Below, piece by piece: positions 43,879 through 55,000 of a stretch of DNA of 64,000 nt. Position numbers and translations under genes: made by a program. The stretch's first letter is position 1, and each line of letters starts with the position of its first letter. Under the pieces are notes generated by a model. The model did no database searches. It saw only the letters and a program-made list of their open reading frames with translations, and was not told the DNA's origin. The stretch is taken from contig JBKPNQ010000131.1 in assembly GCA_046732715.1 (NCBI GenBank), positions 1,692 through 65,691 of the forward strand. Reading direction: 5' to 3'. Source of the DNA: Acidobacteriota bacterium. GTDB lineage: Bacteria > Acidobacteriota > Vicinamibacteria > Vicinamibacterales > 2-12-FULL-66-21.

Positions 43879-46824
43879 ATGCGGTCGTCGACGCTCGTCT
43901 TGATTCTTAGCCTCATGTTCGCCGGGGTCGCCTCGGCGCAACAGACCACTGGAACGATTACAGGCCGCGCGATCGATGCGCAAGGCCTGGCCGTGCCCGG
44001 CGCCACTGTTACCCTCACGGGACCGCAAGGCTCCAAGACCGCCACGACGGATGGCCAGGGGCGCTTTACGTTTCCTTACATCACGCCTGGAACCTACACG
44101 ATCCGACTCGAGCTCCAGGGATTCAATGCGGTCGAGCGAAAAGACATCAACGTCAGCCTCGGACAGACTGTCGACTTGCCGTTGACGATGACGGTCGGCG
44201 CCCTGAGTGAAACCGTTGACGTGACCGCGTCCTCGCCCGTGATCGATCGAACATCGACGACCACCGGTGCGGTGATTTCGAGCGACCTGCTCGACCGCAT
44301 TCCGGTGGGACGGCGCGTGAGTGACACGCTGTACCTCGCGCCCGGCGTCAGCAGCGGCGGGACCGTGGGCCAGGCGAACCCCTCGATGTCGGGAGCGTCC
44401 GGCCTGGAGAATCAGTACGTGATCGACGGCGTCAACGTCACCAACCAGGGATATGGCGCGCTCGGCTCGTACTCAATCGTGTTTGGCTCGCTCGGCAACG
44501 CCACACCGTTCGATTTCATCAAGGATGTCCAGGTGAAGACCGGCGGCTACGAAGCCGAGTTCGGACAGTCGAGTGGCGGAGTGGTCAACGTCATCACGAA
44601 GAGCGGCAGCAATGCGATCAAAGGATCGGCGTTCTATTACGATCGCCCGAGCGGCCTTGAAGGCACCTGGACCGAAGTGCAGACACCGAACGGCACGGTC
44701 CAGACGACGGGGTCTCGGAGCTACGACGGCGGCGCGGAGGGAGGCGGACCCCTTCTGAAGGATCGCGTGTTCTTCTTCGGCGCCATCGATCCGTCGCGCG
44801 ACATCCGCACGTTTCAGGCGCCCCAGGGCTTCCCGCTCCTGAGCCTGGGCGACATAGACCGCACGAGAGACAGCGTGACCTACGCCGCGAAAGGAACGAT
44901 GCAGTTCACCAGCGGTCACCGAATCGACGTATCGTTCTTTGGCGATCCATCGAACGGGATCAACGGCCCGCAGCGTGGCGACGCGCTGCTCAATGAGACG
45001 ACGGCAGGGTTCAGCTCCCTCACCTACGGCGGGCACAACCAGACCGTCCGCTACGACGGCGCCGTTCGGCCGAACTGGTTGCTCGAAGCGTATGTCGCAC
45101 ACGCGCTGAACAACATCGCGGAGACGCCGTCGGTGGAGGCCTGGGAGGTGACTGACAGAACCGTGACGCCGAACGTCACGACCGGCGGGATCGGGTTCTA
45201 CGAAGCCGGTAATCGAAGTCAGAGTGAACAGTACGCAATCAAGGGGACGAATTTCATCGGTGGTCACCAGATCAGGTACGGGTATGAATTTGACCACTCG
45301 AACTGGGATCAGCTGAACAGCTATACCGGGCCGACGTTCACCGCGCCGAACGGGCAACTGACCGCAACCGGTGCAACCGTGGAGGTCATCCCCGACGACA
45401 CCTACGGCCAGATCTACCGTGTCGACCGCGCGCGATTTACGCCCGGTCCGACGACGACGCAGAATTATCAGTCGTTCTTCGTGCAGGACACGTGGCAGGT
45501 CGGCAAGCTGACCGTCAATCCCGGCCTGCGCTACGAGCAGCAAACGCTGAATGGAAACGTCATTTCCAACTTCACGCTGAAGAACAACTGGGCACCGCGT
45601 ATCGGCGCAACCTACGCGCCTGACGGCAAGACGAAGGTCTACGGCAACTGGGGTCGCTTCTATGCGCGAATGCCGAACGATCTGGCGGCGCGCTCGCTTT
45701 CGTCCGAACTGACGGTGACGCGCGGTGATTACTTCGACGCCGGGCTCACACAGCCGGTGCCCGATGGCACGCTCGCCGGCGGACAGACGACCCATCTCGT
45801 GCTCTCAGGCGGCACCGCGGGCGACACGATCGATCCAAACGCGAAGATGTCGTACGTGGACGAATTCGTTGTTGGACTGGACCGTGAAGTGCTGCCGCAT
45901 ACGAGCGTCGGATTCAACTACATCCACCGCAATACCGGCCGCGTGCTCGAGGACGTGGCCAACTGTCCGATGGCGGCATACTTCGAGGACGCCACTTCGG
46001 GTATTTGTAAGAATGTGTCGTACATCCTGACGAATCCGACCAGCGCGACGGCGATCAATCCCGACGTCATCGCCGCAGATCCGAGTTTCGCTGATGTCGC
46101 CTTCGCCGATCCCAGACACGTCTACGACGCCGTGGAACTCACCTGGAATACCCGGTTCGCAAACAACTGGTCGGCGCTGGCGTCCTATCGATGGTCGCGC
46201 CTGCGCGGCAACTTCGAGGGCTTCTACCGCGACGACAACGGCCAGTCGGATCCCGGGATTTCTTCCTTGTATGACTTCCCGCAAAATGACCCGACATATA
46301 CTTCGGCTGGCGTGCCGCAGTTTGGCTTCGACGGGGACATCCGGTTCCTTGGCGACCCCAACGGGATTCTTCCGCTCGATCGGCCACAGCAGTTCAAGGT
46401 TTACGGTCAGTATCTGTGGCACGAACTCAACCTTGGTCTCGCCTTGTTTGCGGGATCAGGGGCGCCGTTGACCCCGCTCACCACCAATCCCGCGTATGGC
46501 AACGGTGGTGAAATTCCGACTGCCGCCCGCGGCAGCGGCATTCAGACGGTGGATGGATTCAAGACCCGGACGCCGTTCCAGAGGCAGCTCGACTTTCAGG
46601 CCGCGTACGACTGGAAGCTTGGAGGCGATCGGCGCGTAACGCTGCTCGCCGACATTTTCAATCTGTTCGATCAACAGATCGTGCAGAACTACGACACGTT
46701 TACGTCGCTGACGTTCGGCGCCGGGGCGAACCCCAACTTCGGTCAACCCACGTCGCAGATCCTGTCCGGTCCGCAGATTCAAGCGCCGAGGCAGATCAGA
46801 ATCGGCGCCCGGTTCTCGTTCTGA
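43879..46824 (+). CDS. TonB-dependent receptor with N-terminal carboxypeptidase-regulatory-like domain (Oar-like)
   Basis: Signal peptide MRSSTLVLILSLMFAGVASAQ. TGTITGRAIDAQGLAVPGATVTLTGPQGS...TTDGQGRFTFPYITPGTYTIRLELQGF is CarboxypepD_reg. Plug-like DRIPVGRRVSDTLYLAPGV. The barrel ends ..RQIRIGARFSF. Confidence 0.95.
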   Translation: MRSSTLVLILSLMFAGVASAQQTTGTITGRAIDAQGLAVPGATVTLTGPQGSKTATTDGQGRFTFPYITPGTYTIRLELQGFNAVERKDINVSLGQTVDLPLTMTVGALSETVDVTASSPVIDRTSTTTGAVISSDLLDRIPVGRRVSDTLYLAPGVSSGGTVGQANPSMSGASGLENQYVIDGVNVTNQGYGALGSYSIVFGSLGNATPFDFIKDVQVKTGGYEAEFGQSSGGVVNVITKSGSNAIKGSAFYYDRPSGLEGTWTEVQTPNGTVQTTGSRSYDGGAEGGGPLLKDRVFFFGAIDPSRDIRTFQAPQGFPLLSLGDIDRTRDSVTYAAKGTMQFTSGHRIDVSFFGDPSNGINGPQRGDALLNETTAGFSSLTYGGHNQTVRYDGAVRPNWLLEAYVAHALNNIAETPSVEAWEVTDRTVTPNVTTGGIGFYEAGNRSQSEQYAIKGTNFIGGHQIRYGYEFDHSNWDQLNSYTGPTFTAPNGQLTATGATVEVIPDDTYGQIYRVDRARFTPGPTTTQNYQSFFVQDTWQVGKLTVNPGLRYEQQTLNGNVISNFTLKNNWAPRIGATYAPDGKTKVYGNWGRFYARMPNDLAARSLSSELTVTRGDYFDAGLTQPVPDGTLAGGQTTHLVLSGGTAGDTIDPNAKMSYVDEFVVGLDREVLPHTSVGFNYIHRNTGRVLEDVANCPMAAYFEDATSGICKNVSYILTNPTSATAINPDVIAADPSFADVAFADPRHVYDAVELTWNTRFANNWSALASYRWSRLRGNFEGFYRDDNGQSDPGISSLYDFPQNDPTYTSAGVPQFGFDGDIRFLGDPNGILPLDRPQQFKVYGQYLWHELNLGLALFAGSGAPLTPLTTNPAYGNGGEIPTAARGSGIQTVDGFKTRTPFQRQLDFQAAYDWKLGGDRRVTLLADIFNLFDQQIVQNYDTFTSLTFGAGANPNFGQPTSQILSGPQIQAPRQIRIGARFSF

Positions 46825-46884
46825 GGCGGGCGCTGCTGCAGCCCGCCTACACGCGAGTTCGCGGGGTCCATTGGAGACCCCGCG
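46824..46884. terminator. Two GC-rich hairpins after the TonB-receptor stop (between convergent genes)
   Basis: aggcgggc/gcccgcct (46824-46848) and cgcggggtc/gaccccgcg (46860-46884, perfect 9 bp with a 7-nt loop). No U-run, so terminator function is uncertain. Confidence 0.35.
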
Positions 46885-46998
46885 GCGCTCGCGTGGCCGA
46901 CGAGAGAGGGAACGGAGAAGATTGACCTTCGTTCGTTCTTCGCTAGCTCCGTTCCTTCGTCGTGAATCTTTTCCGTTGCCTCCGCAGTCTTCCAGGCA

Positions 46999-47379
46999 TC
47001 ACTGCTTCAATTCGATTCGCAGGATGTGCCCCTCCGTCTTGCCAACGTTCTCGACCGTGTGGATCACGGCATCGCTCCAGGCAAACGTCCCCGCCTTCCT
47101 CTGATTGACCACCGGCGGTTTTCCATCGACGGTCACCTTCGCGTCCCAATCGGTGAAGTAGACGCTCAGTCCGTGTGGATGGCGATGCCGTGGTTCAGTT
47201 TTGCCAGGCGGGACGTGGACGTCGAGAATGCGGACGAACGCGTTCTCGAGCGCAATGCGGTGACTGTCGGACGCGACGCGCACCGGGTCGAGCGCGTCGC
47301 CGGTCGGCTGTTGACGGACAAAACCGGTTCCGATGATGAGAATCGCGCCGGCGGCGAGCAGCACACGTGTCCTGGTCAC
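46999..47379 (-). CDS. Exported cupin-domain protein
   Basis: GTG 47379 lies 5 nt after GGAGGAGG (the ORF track starts at TTG 47394). Hydrophobic leader TRTRVLLAAGAILIIG. Cupin metal motif PPGKTEPRHRHPHGLSVYF and ..AVIHTVENVG. Confidence 0.85.
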   Translation of the reverse strand: MTRTRVLLAAGAILIIGTGFVRQQPTGDALDPVRVASDSHRIALENAFVRILDVHVPPGKTEPRHRHPHGLSVYFTDWDAKVTVDGKPPVVNQRKAGTFAWSDAVIHTVENVGKTEGHILRIELKQ

Positions 47380-47652
47380 GATAGCCTCCTCCAAGTTTCT
47401 GAAATGCCTTCAAACCGAGTGACACGGGGCGAACGAGAGGCGCGCGAGCGTCGTCGTGATCGCGCGAAGGCGGCCGTGCGGAGTGATTATGGCGCAATAG
47501 TCCGAGCTCGACGGGGCGGATCGGGGATTCCGCCCTCCTCTTCCGAGTCGCCTCGCGACACGGTTCAACACTTCGTCCGCGAGGCGGTCAGGAAACTCGC
47601 AGCGCTTTCGCCAGAAGTAGCCTTCACGTAAAGTCGCGAACGGTGCTTATGT

Positions 47653-47883
47653 TTGACTGCGTGCCACGACGTGCACGATGATGGCGCGGTTGGCAGCGAT
47701 GAGCTGGCCACCAATTGTGACCCAGCAGATTCCAACCGGGGCTACGACGAGTTCGTCCACGCCCTGCTGAACGGCACTGCCTACGCCAACGTCCATACGA
47801 CGGCATCGCCTGGCGGTGAAATTCGCGGGCAGATCCGGGTTGATCGTGACAACGGTCAGGGCAACGACGGTCGCGATCGATGA
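47653..47883 (+). pseudogene. CHRD-domain remnant (C-terminal half only)
   Basis: Ends with FVHALLNGTAYANVHTTASPGGEIRGQIRV, the CHRD C-terminal signature (..G..YVNVHT...P.GEIRGQI). Only 76 codons, from a TTG, with an in-frame stop just upstream at about 47629. No signal peptide or first half of the domain. Confidence 0.5.
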
Positions 47884-47909
47884 TCGACTGAAAACGTCAG
47901 GTCTGAGCC

Positions 47910-47945
47910 AAAGGGCCCGCGAGGTTCGCGGGCCCTTTGCTTTTG
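47910..47945. terminator. Rho-independent-type terminator hairpin between convergent genes
   Basis: aaagggcccgcg-aggtt-cgcgggcccttt is a perfect 12-bp stem followed by gcttttgc. The A-run before the stem gives a U-run on the opposite strand, so it could act in both directions. Confidence 0.75.
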
Positions 47946-47955
47946 CGACTGCTTT

Positions 47956-48819
47956 CTATGCCAGGGCCTTGCCGTACAGCGCGAGCAGCCGGCTCCACGC
48001 CTTCTCGGCCTGCGGCTCGTTGTAGACACCGGAGTCAGGCGGACACCATCCGTGCGCGGCGCCTTCGTACACCTCGATTTCCGCCGGCAGGTTCGCCTTG
48101 GCGAATGTCTCCTTGAGCACGTCCTTCTCTTTGGGCGACCGCTGGTCGTCGTTCGACGCGATCGCGATCAGGAATTGCGCGTGCGTCTTCGCGGCCTGAA
48201 TGTGCGGGCTGTTTGGTGTATCGTTCACGAGCCCGCCGCCATGAAATGATGCGACGGCGCCTACACGGTCTGGCGCCGCGGCCGCCGTGCGAAACGCGAT
48301 CGGGCCCCCCATGCAATACCCCTGAGTCCCGACTTTTCGATTCTTCGCGACCGACGGCTGCTGATCCAGCCATCCAATGAACGCCTTCGCATCGGTCATC
48401 TGCGTCGTCTCGGTCAGGCCCTGCGCGAGCGGCCGCACATCGGCGATTGGTGTCGCCGCGCCGTTCGGTGCCGTGGGAGCTTTCTTCGCACGGTAGAACG
48501 GGTTCACGACCAGAACCGAATAGCCGGATTCCGCGAGCCGCTTCCCCATCTGCCGGAACGCGGGCCGTAAGCCGAAGATGTCTGGCCATACGAGCACAGC
48601 GGCGGCGGTGCCGCTCGCCGGGTGCACGAAATAGCAGTCGGCGGTGCCGTCGGGCGTCTTGATCTCGACATCTGATTCCGTGACCGCCACCGCGTTCGCG
48701 ACCCGTGGCAACATCATCGTGAGACCTGCTCCAACCAGCACACCGAACTGTCGACGCGTCACCAATCCGCGCGCTTCATAGTCGAGTCGGTCCTGCTCAA
48801 AATGATCCTGATCGCACAT
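47956..48819 (-). CDS. Tat-exported dienelactone hydrolase family protein
   Basis: ATG 48819 is preceded by AAGGAG. VTRRQFGVLVGAGLTMMLPRVANA is Tat-like. VLVWPDIFGL, the nucleophile elbow GYCMGG (Cys type, as in dienelactone hydrolases) and ..YEGAAHGW. The upstream 140 codons of the ORF are not coding-like. Confidence 0.9.
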   Translation of the reverse strand: MCDQDHFEQDRLDYEARGLVTRRQFGVLVGAGLTMMLPRVANAVAVTESDVEIKTPDGTADCYFVHPASGTAAAVLVWPDIFGLRPAFRQMGKRLAESGYSVLVVNPFYRAKKAPTAPNGAATPIADVRPLAQGLTETTQMTDAKAFIGWLDQQPSVAKNRKVGTQGYCMGGPIAFRTAAAAPDRVGAVASFHGGGLVNDTPNSPHIQAAKTHAQFLIAIASNDDQRSPKEKDVLKETFAKANLPAEIEVYEGAAHGWCPPDSGVYNEPQAEKAWSRLLALYGKALA

Positions 48820-49039
48820 GTTTGCTCCTTGATTATCCGAGAGTTCGCCCCTCGGCACGCCTCCGCTGAAGCTTCGGCGATGTCCGCCGTAGCCTTGGCG
48901 AAGGCGGAACTCCCTCACGCGCTCTCTCGCGAGCCGCTTCGCCGACTCGCTTCGCTGCGCTCGCTCGCGTCCTTTCGCGCCCACCCTTGCAGCAGACTCG
49001 ACGAGTATATTGAACTCCCAAAACTGCTGTCGCGTACCG

Positions 49040-52000
49040 TCAAAAGGCCTGACCGATGCTGAAGTAGAACCGGCTGCGCTTTTCGCCCGGACGCGGGTCG
49101 AGCACCCAGCCATAGTCGGTCCGGAGGAGAACCCATGGCGTCCGGAGACGAATGCCGACGCCGCCCGACTCGCGAAGATCGGTAAAAGTGAAATCCTTGA
49201 TGGCCGGGAACACGTTCCCGATATCGACGAACAGCACCCCATCGACGATGCGTACGAGCGGCATCCGAAGCTCGTTGTTGATCACCAAAGACGCAGTGCC
49301 GCCGGCCGGAACGTTGTCGACACCAACAGGACCAACCGCATTCTGCTCGAAGCCGCGCAGGGTCGTGCTCCCGCCCGCGTAGAAACGTTCGCTCGTCGGC
49401 ACCTCGCCACCCAGACCATGCGCCAGACCGACCCGAAGGCCGGTCGCAAACACCAGCCGTGGCCGCAGGATTTCGTTGGTGAAAGGTTTCGGCCGTTCAG
49501 GACGCAACGGGAAATAATGGAAGTACTGGCCGTAATACTTCACGTACGGGCGGTCGGAGCCAAGCCAGCTCGGGGAATACGCGAACGCCTGCGAGAGGAA
49601 TGTCCCTTTCGCAGCGTCGAGCACTTCGTCGCGCGTTTCACGCGTGAGGGTGCTCGTCAGCGGCGTGACCCGCACGGTTTCTGTCGCGCCGACACCGAGC
49701 GACGGCTCGAGCGTCGTGGCTAATTCGTACCGGTAACCGTAGCTCCACACGTAGAACTTGCGGAACTGTGCTTCCTGCTGAACCGACGCCCCCTGGCGGC
49801 TGATGTCGAACGGATCGGTCTGTTCCGTTGGCGGGTTGAGGTCCTGGCGGAAATAGACGCTGCCGGTCGTCTTCCGCGGCCAGGACCGCAGCGACGGTTG
49901 GCTCATATAGATGCGTGCTTCGTGGATCTCGCTGTCGTATCGGCCCTGCGCGCCAAGGACGCGGGCTTTCCCCAACGAATTGTGGATTGAAAAATCCAGG
50001 ATTCCGCCGAGCCCACCTTCAGTGTCGTACGACAAGCCGTATCGCAGCTGCACCGGCTGGACTTCACGTACCGACACAGTCAGATGGACAGGCTTCTGAT
50101 CGTGGCTTGCCGCATCCTCGGCGTTGGCGTCATCGGGAGCAGACGTGGGGGCCTCCGCGCCGACCTCTCCCCGAGTGATGTCCGCGATCGAGAACGCGCC
50201 CGTGCTGTAGAGATTCTTCCGCGAACGGGCCAGCATGGCGAGATCGAGCGGCTGCAGCGGCGACAGTTCGATCTGGCCGCGAACGAGACGTTCGCTCGTC
50301 TTTCGGTTGCCTTCGACCGTAATGTTCGCGACCACGCTTTGTCGGCCTTCGACAATCGTGAAGGCGACATCAACGCTGGCACTGGTTCGATCGATCGCGA
50401 GCGCGTACTCCGATCGCATATCGTTGTAGCCCTTGCGCCAGTAGAGATCGCGGATCCGCTCGAGCGAGTGCTCGGCCGCTGCGGCCACGAAGGGGCTGCC
50501 GGAAACGAGGGACAGTCGCCCAATGATGTCCGCAGAGGGATAGGTCGTGTTCCCGCTGACGGTGACAGACCTGGCGAGAAAGCGTCGACCTTCGCGAACG
50601 GGAAGAACAACACGGGCCGTCGTCCCCTGAAAATCAAAACGAGGTGCGTCGATCTCCGCCGCCAGATACCCTTGGTCGTGATAATAGCGCTGTAGCAGCG
50701 CCGTTACGGCCGATGGATCGGTGAACAGCTGGCGTTCCAGCCGCTGCTGCTCAACGATCTTGTCCAATCGACCGGGATCGATCCCTGCGACACCTTCGTA
50801 TGCGACGATCACCCTGTCGTACTGCGGCCCTGGCTGAACACGAAAGGTCACCCGCCGCCGGTCGCCGGCGTCTTCGACGGTGTATTCGGCGCTCGGTTGC
50901 AGGTACTTATCCCCCATCAGCCATTCTTTCAGCACCCGAACGCTGTCGTTGCCTCGTTGCTTATCGAACACGCCCTGCTGCCAGGTCGCCCGAACCTGCT
51001 GCTGAATTTTCGACGGCGGGGTGATCCCTTCGAAACGCAGTTCGACGAGCGGACCGCTTGCGACACGCAGCGCCAGATTGGCCGCATCGCTGACGACGTG
51101 GCGATCCAGGCGCACGCGCGATTGCAGATAGCCCGCTTCGAGATAGCGCTCTTCGATGCGCTCGAGGCCGGCGCGGGCGGCAAAGAATTCGTACGGCTCC
51201 CCGATCTTCAGTTTGAAAAGCTTGCGCAGCGTGGCTTCGTCAAGTCCGTTGTCTGACGTCACCGTGAGGGTCTGGATGGTCGGCCGGTGCCGCAGTTCGC
51301 GTCTCGGAGCCGGATCGCCGCCAAAGCGCAGGTCGTGGCGGAAGTCGACCCGATAGCTGTCGTCATCGCGTTCGCGCACACCACGCATCTGGAACCGCCG
51401 GCTGACGTCATACTCCGCGACCCAGATCTGATCGTTGCTATCTGCCAGGTTCGTCGAGTAAATGAGCTTCACCTGGTCGGTCACGTTCTGCCCGACGGTC
51501 AGGCGCGCGGTGGGATCCGTCTCGTTCGCGATCAGCACCGGCTCTATCCGTACTTCGCTGATTCCCGTCGCCCGTTCGAGTCCTTTCCCGAACCTCGAGC
51601 CGACGCGGCCGGTGAGATACGTCAAGGCCTGCACGCGAGCGACTTCAGATTCTTCGCCCCGCATTTCGTCAACGGTGCGCCCGGTCACGAGCAGCGCCAT
51701 GATGTCTGGCTCCGCCAGCGGCGGCTCCGACGTCCAGCTCGCATCGGTCTTCCCTGGCGTGCCGGCGATGGCAATCCTGACGTCGTAATTGCTCGCTTTG
51801 GTGTTCAGCGCCAGGTCGACCGACGGGACGATCCGGCGATCGTCGACGAAGGTGATCACGCCACGCTCCACTTCGTAGCGGCGCGCGTTCAGCGTGATCT
51901 GGCCTCCTTCGGCAAGCGTCATTCGGCCGGTGAGCCCGGGCTCGTACGGCGTCCCGACGATATGAAGGTCCGCGTCGATCTCGGCGCGCGCCAGATTGTT

Positions 52001-55000
52001 ATCGATTGTGACCGGCGCCGCCGTTTTAACGCTGATGTTGAACCGCACTCGCTCGAGCAGGGAATCTCGTGTTGCGGTGAGATCCAGCGTTCGGGGTGCC
52101 TCGATTGCCGCGAACAGCCCTTCATTGAGATTGATATCCGTAGTGAGACCCGCCTCCTTGATCGTGACCTGCCCGCCAACCAGAAACTCTTCCCCTCGAC
52201 GGTTCACGCGGATGGCCGCATCCGACAGGCTGCGCAATGCCAGCGGAGCGTCGTAGGCAACGTCATTGGCGGACAGCCGCAAATCGATGTCGCTGATGGT
52301 TCCGTTACCGAGCGTCAAGCTGCCCGATCCGTCGAGGGCGCCACCGTTTACCTCGCCCGTGAGCCGGGCCAGCTCGATTCGATGACCGGCCAGGTTGACG
52401 TGCGCGTTGACGCCGACCGCGGCGACATTGAGGTCGTCGCTCGCGACGGTTGCCTCCTCGAGATCGAAGGTGCCGTTGAGTGCCGGCTGCGTCAACGTTC
52501 CAAGCGCCGACACCTTCCACAGCGCCATGCCATCGGCGCGAATTCCTGGTGTCAGTGCCGACAGTGCCGCTACCTGGAGGTTGCCGTCGACGTTCACGTC
52601 GACCGCCCGCTCGCCAAGGAGGCCGATAGTCCCCTCGGCTCGCACGGATCCTGCCGACCCCGAGAGGGCGAAACGCTCCACCGTTGCCTTGCCCGAATCG
52701 ATGCGGATCCTCGACGTTTCCTGCTGGCTGAGGGCGAACCGCTTGAACGACAGCTCGAGCTGAGGAAACGCGATGGACCCGTTGAGGGTGGCGAGATCAC
52801 CAGGGGCGGCTGAGGCGACGATGTCCGCTCCGATTCGCCCGGCGAGTCCTGGCGGTGCGCCCGGAAGCGTCACTGGATCGAGGTTTCGTATTGATGCCTT
52901 GAATGTGGCGGGCCCGACCCTTCGGGAGATCTCGACCGGCAGCGGTGGAAGCACCTCGAGAGGAAGGGTGCCCGATGCCTCGATCGTCGCGGTCCCCCAT
53001 TGGCTCGTCAGCTGTTCGATCTCCACCGCGCCGTCGCCAATTCTCGCGCGCAGCTGAATATTCGAAGCGGCCGGCTGCAGCTGCGGCGCCGAAAGCATGC
53101 CGTTTTCAACCGTCAGGTTGAGATCCGGAACAATCGATTGCAATGTGCCGTGGACCGAACCCGTCAGGCTGGCAGCACCCTCGCCGGTGAACTTCATGTT
53201 TGAGGGCAGCAATCGGGCCAGCGTCGTCAGATTGGCTCGTGCTTCGACTGCCAGGTCGCCGGTTCCAGCGCTCGCTGTAAGCGGCAGTGTCCCGCTTACA
53301 GCAAGCGAGGAGTCGCGCGCTGTCACCTCGACACGGTCGACGGTGAGACGCTGATTCTCGTATTGCAGGTCACGTGGGCTCGTCACGCTGAATGGCTGTC
53401 CGTTCCATGACCCTGCCAGTGCTTCGATGCTCGCTGTCGCGCGTCCTCGGACGGGCTCGACGAGATCGCCGGAGGCGTGGACAGTGCCGCGCAGGCGCCC
53501 CTCGAGCATCGTGACCACACCCAACGGTAGCGTCGCGAGGTCGAGATCGTTGGCACGCACCGTGAGCGTTGTCGGCCACGGCCGAGCGAGCCCTATCAGC
53601 GCGTTGGCGTCGAGCTTGAAACGCTCTGACGCCGCGGTCACGGTCGCCTGATTGTTTGCGGCGGTCGCCGCGATGACGATTCGGCCCAGCTCTGTAACCG
53701 ATGGCGCAGGTCCGTTCGGATCTGGAGAGCGTTCCTGGAGACTGTCCATCTCGAGCGAATCGGCGTTGAAGTGCAGCGCGCCCGATGGCGAGCTGACGGT
53801 GCCCGCTCCCTTCCCCGAAATCTGAACATTGCCGCGGAACCGCCGTCCGTCTGGCAACGTGAACCCGAGAAGTCGAACGTTCTCCGATTGAACGTCATAC
53901 GTGTAGCTGCTTCGATCGAAGTCGTAGGACCCGTTGCCGTTGACTTGGCCCTGACTTCTCTCCTGCGGCTTATCGATGACCAAACGCGAAACCGCGAGCT
54001 GGCGATTCGTGAGCGTTGCCTCCGCGGTCAACGATCCAAACAGTTCGCCAAATGCCGTCATGTCTGCGCCGTGCAAACTCAGGCCGGCCTGGGGACGCGC
54101 GATGGTGCCGCGAATGGTGCCGCTGACATTGATCCGGCCGGATACCGGGATCGCCCGCAACTGAGTCGCCTGAACCAATGGCTGCAAGTCCGCAGCGTCA
54201 GCAGTCATCGCCAGATCGAGTGGTTGCGTGCCGGTTAATCCAACCGTACCGATCAGGGCAGCTCGGGCGCCGCGCCAGCTCCCCTCACCGCGAGTGATCG
54301 ATACCGCGGCCGGCGTCGCGGTCAGATCGGCAGCGATCTGAACTCCATGCGCTTCGCCCACCGACAGCGCTGGTGCGCTGACGGTCATCAATGCGGTCGG
54401 CGTCTCGAGGGTCCCGCCGAGTCGGGCGTCCACGGTCGCCTCGCCTCTGACCAGCGACGGCACGAACGACCCGGGCGTGCGTCCGAGAAACGATTCCGTG
54501 CTGCGGGCGGCGGGCGCGAGGTCAGGTGCGTGTGCTCGGAGCGCGCCAACAAGACGACCACCAACGTCAACCTGCAGCCGGCCGTCCAGGTGCGTGCCCG
54601 CAACGACGATCTGCCGCGCATCAACAACGACGGTTCCGTCCTTGCCTCGCGCCGACAGTCGACCGCCCAGCGGCAGCACTTTCGGCGCGGCCGACGTCGG
54701 CGTCAAGGTCACCGCTCCGGTGCCGGACCCAGTGCGGTATTCGAGCCCCGGCCATTGCGCGTCGATCGCCCCATTCAGCCGTGTACCGACGACATGCGCC
54801 GCGTTCAGTCCGCGGAGAACGGCGGCAAGGTCGATATTGGTGAGCTCCGCGTGCAGTTGCGATCGGCCATTCCGCCCGACGCCAAGATCGCCTGTCGCCA
54901 TCATCCGGCCCCACGGCGCGTCGGTACGCGCCGTCACGTGGGCGCGCTGAGCTGACGAGTCGTAGGCCGCGCGCACTTCCAGCTCGCCTCCCCGGAGCGA

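Noticed and set aside
44473-45795. 440-codon minus ORF inside the TonB-dependent receptor gene
   Set aside because: Antisense shadow. The receptor frame has a signal peptide, plug and barrel terminus.
51287-52813. 508-codon plus ORF (and many shorter ones) inside the TamB-Omp85 gene
   Set aside because: Antisense shadows with Arg/Asp-rich nonsense composition. The minus frame is continuous for 2300 codons with recognisable domains.
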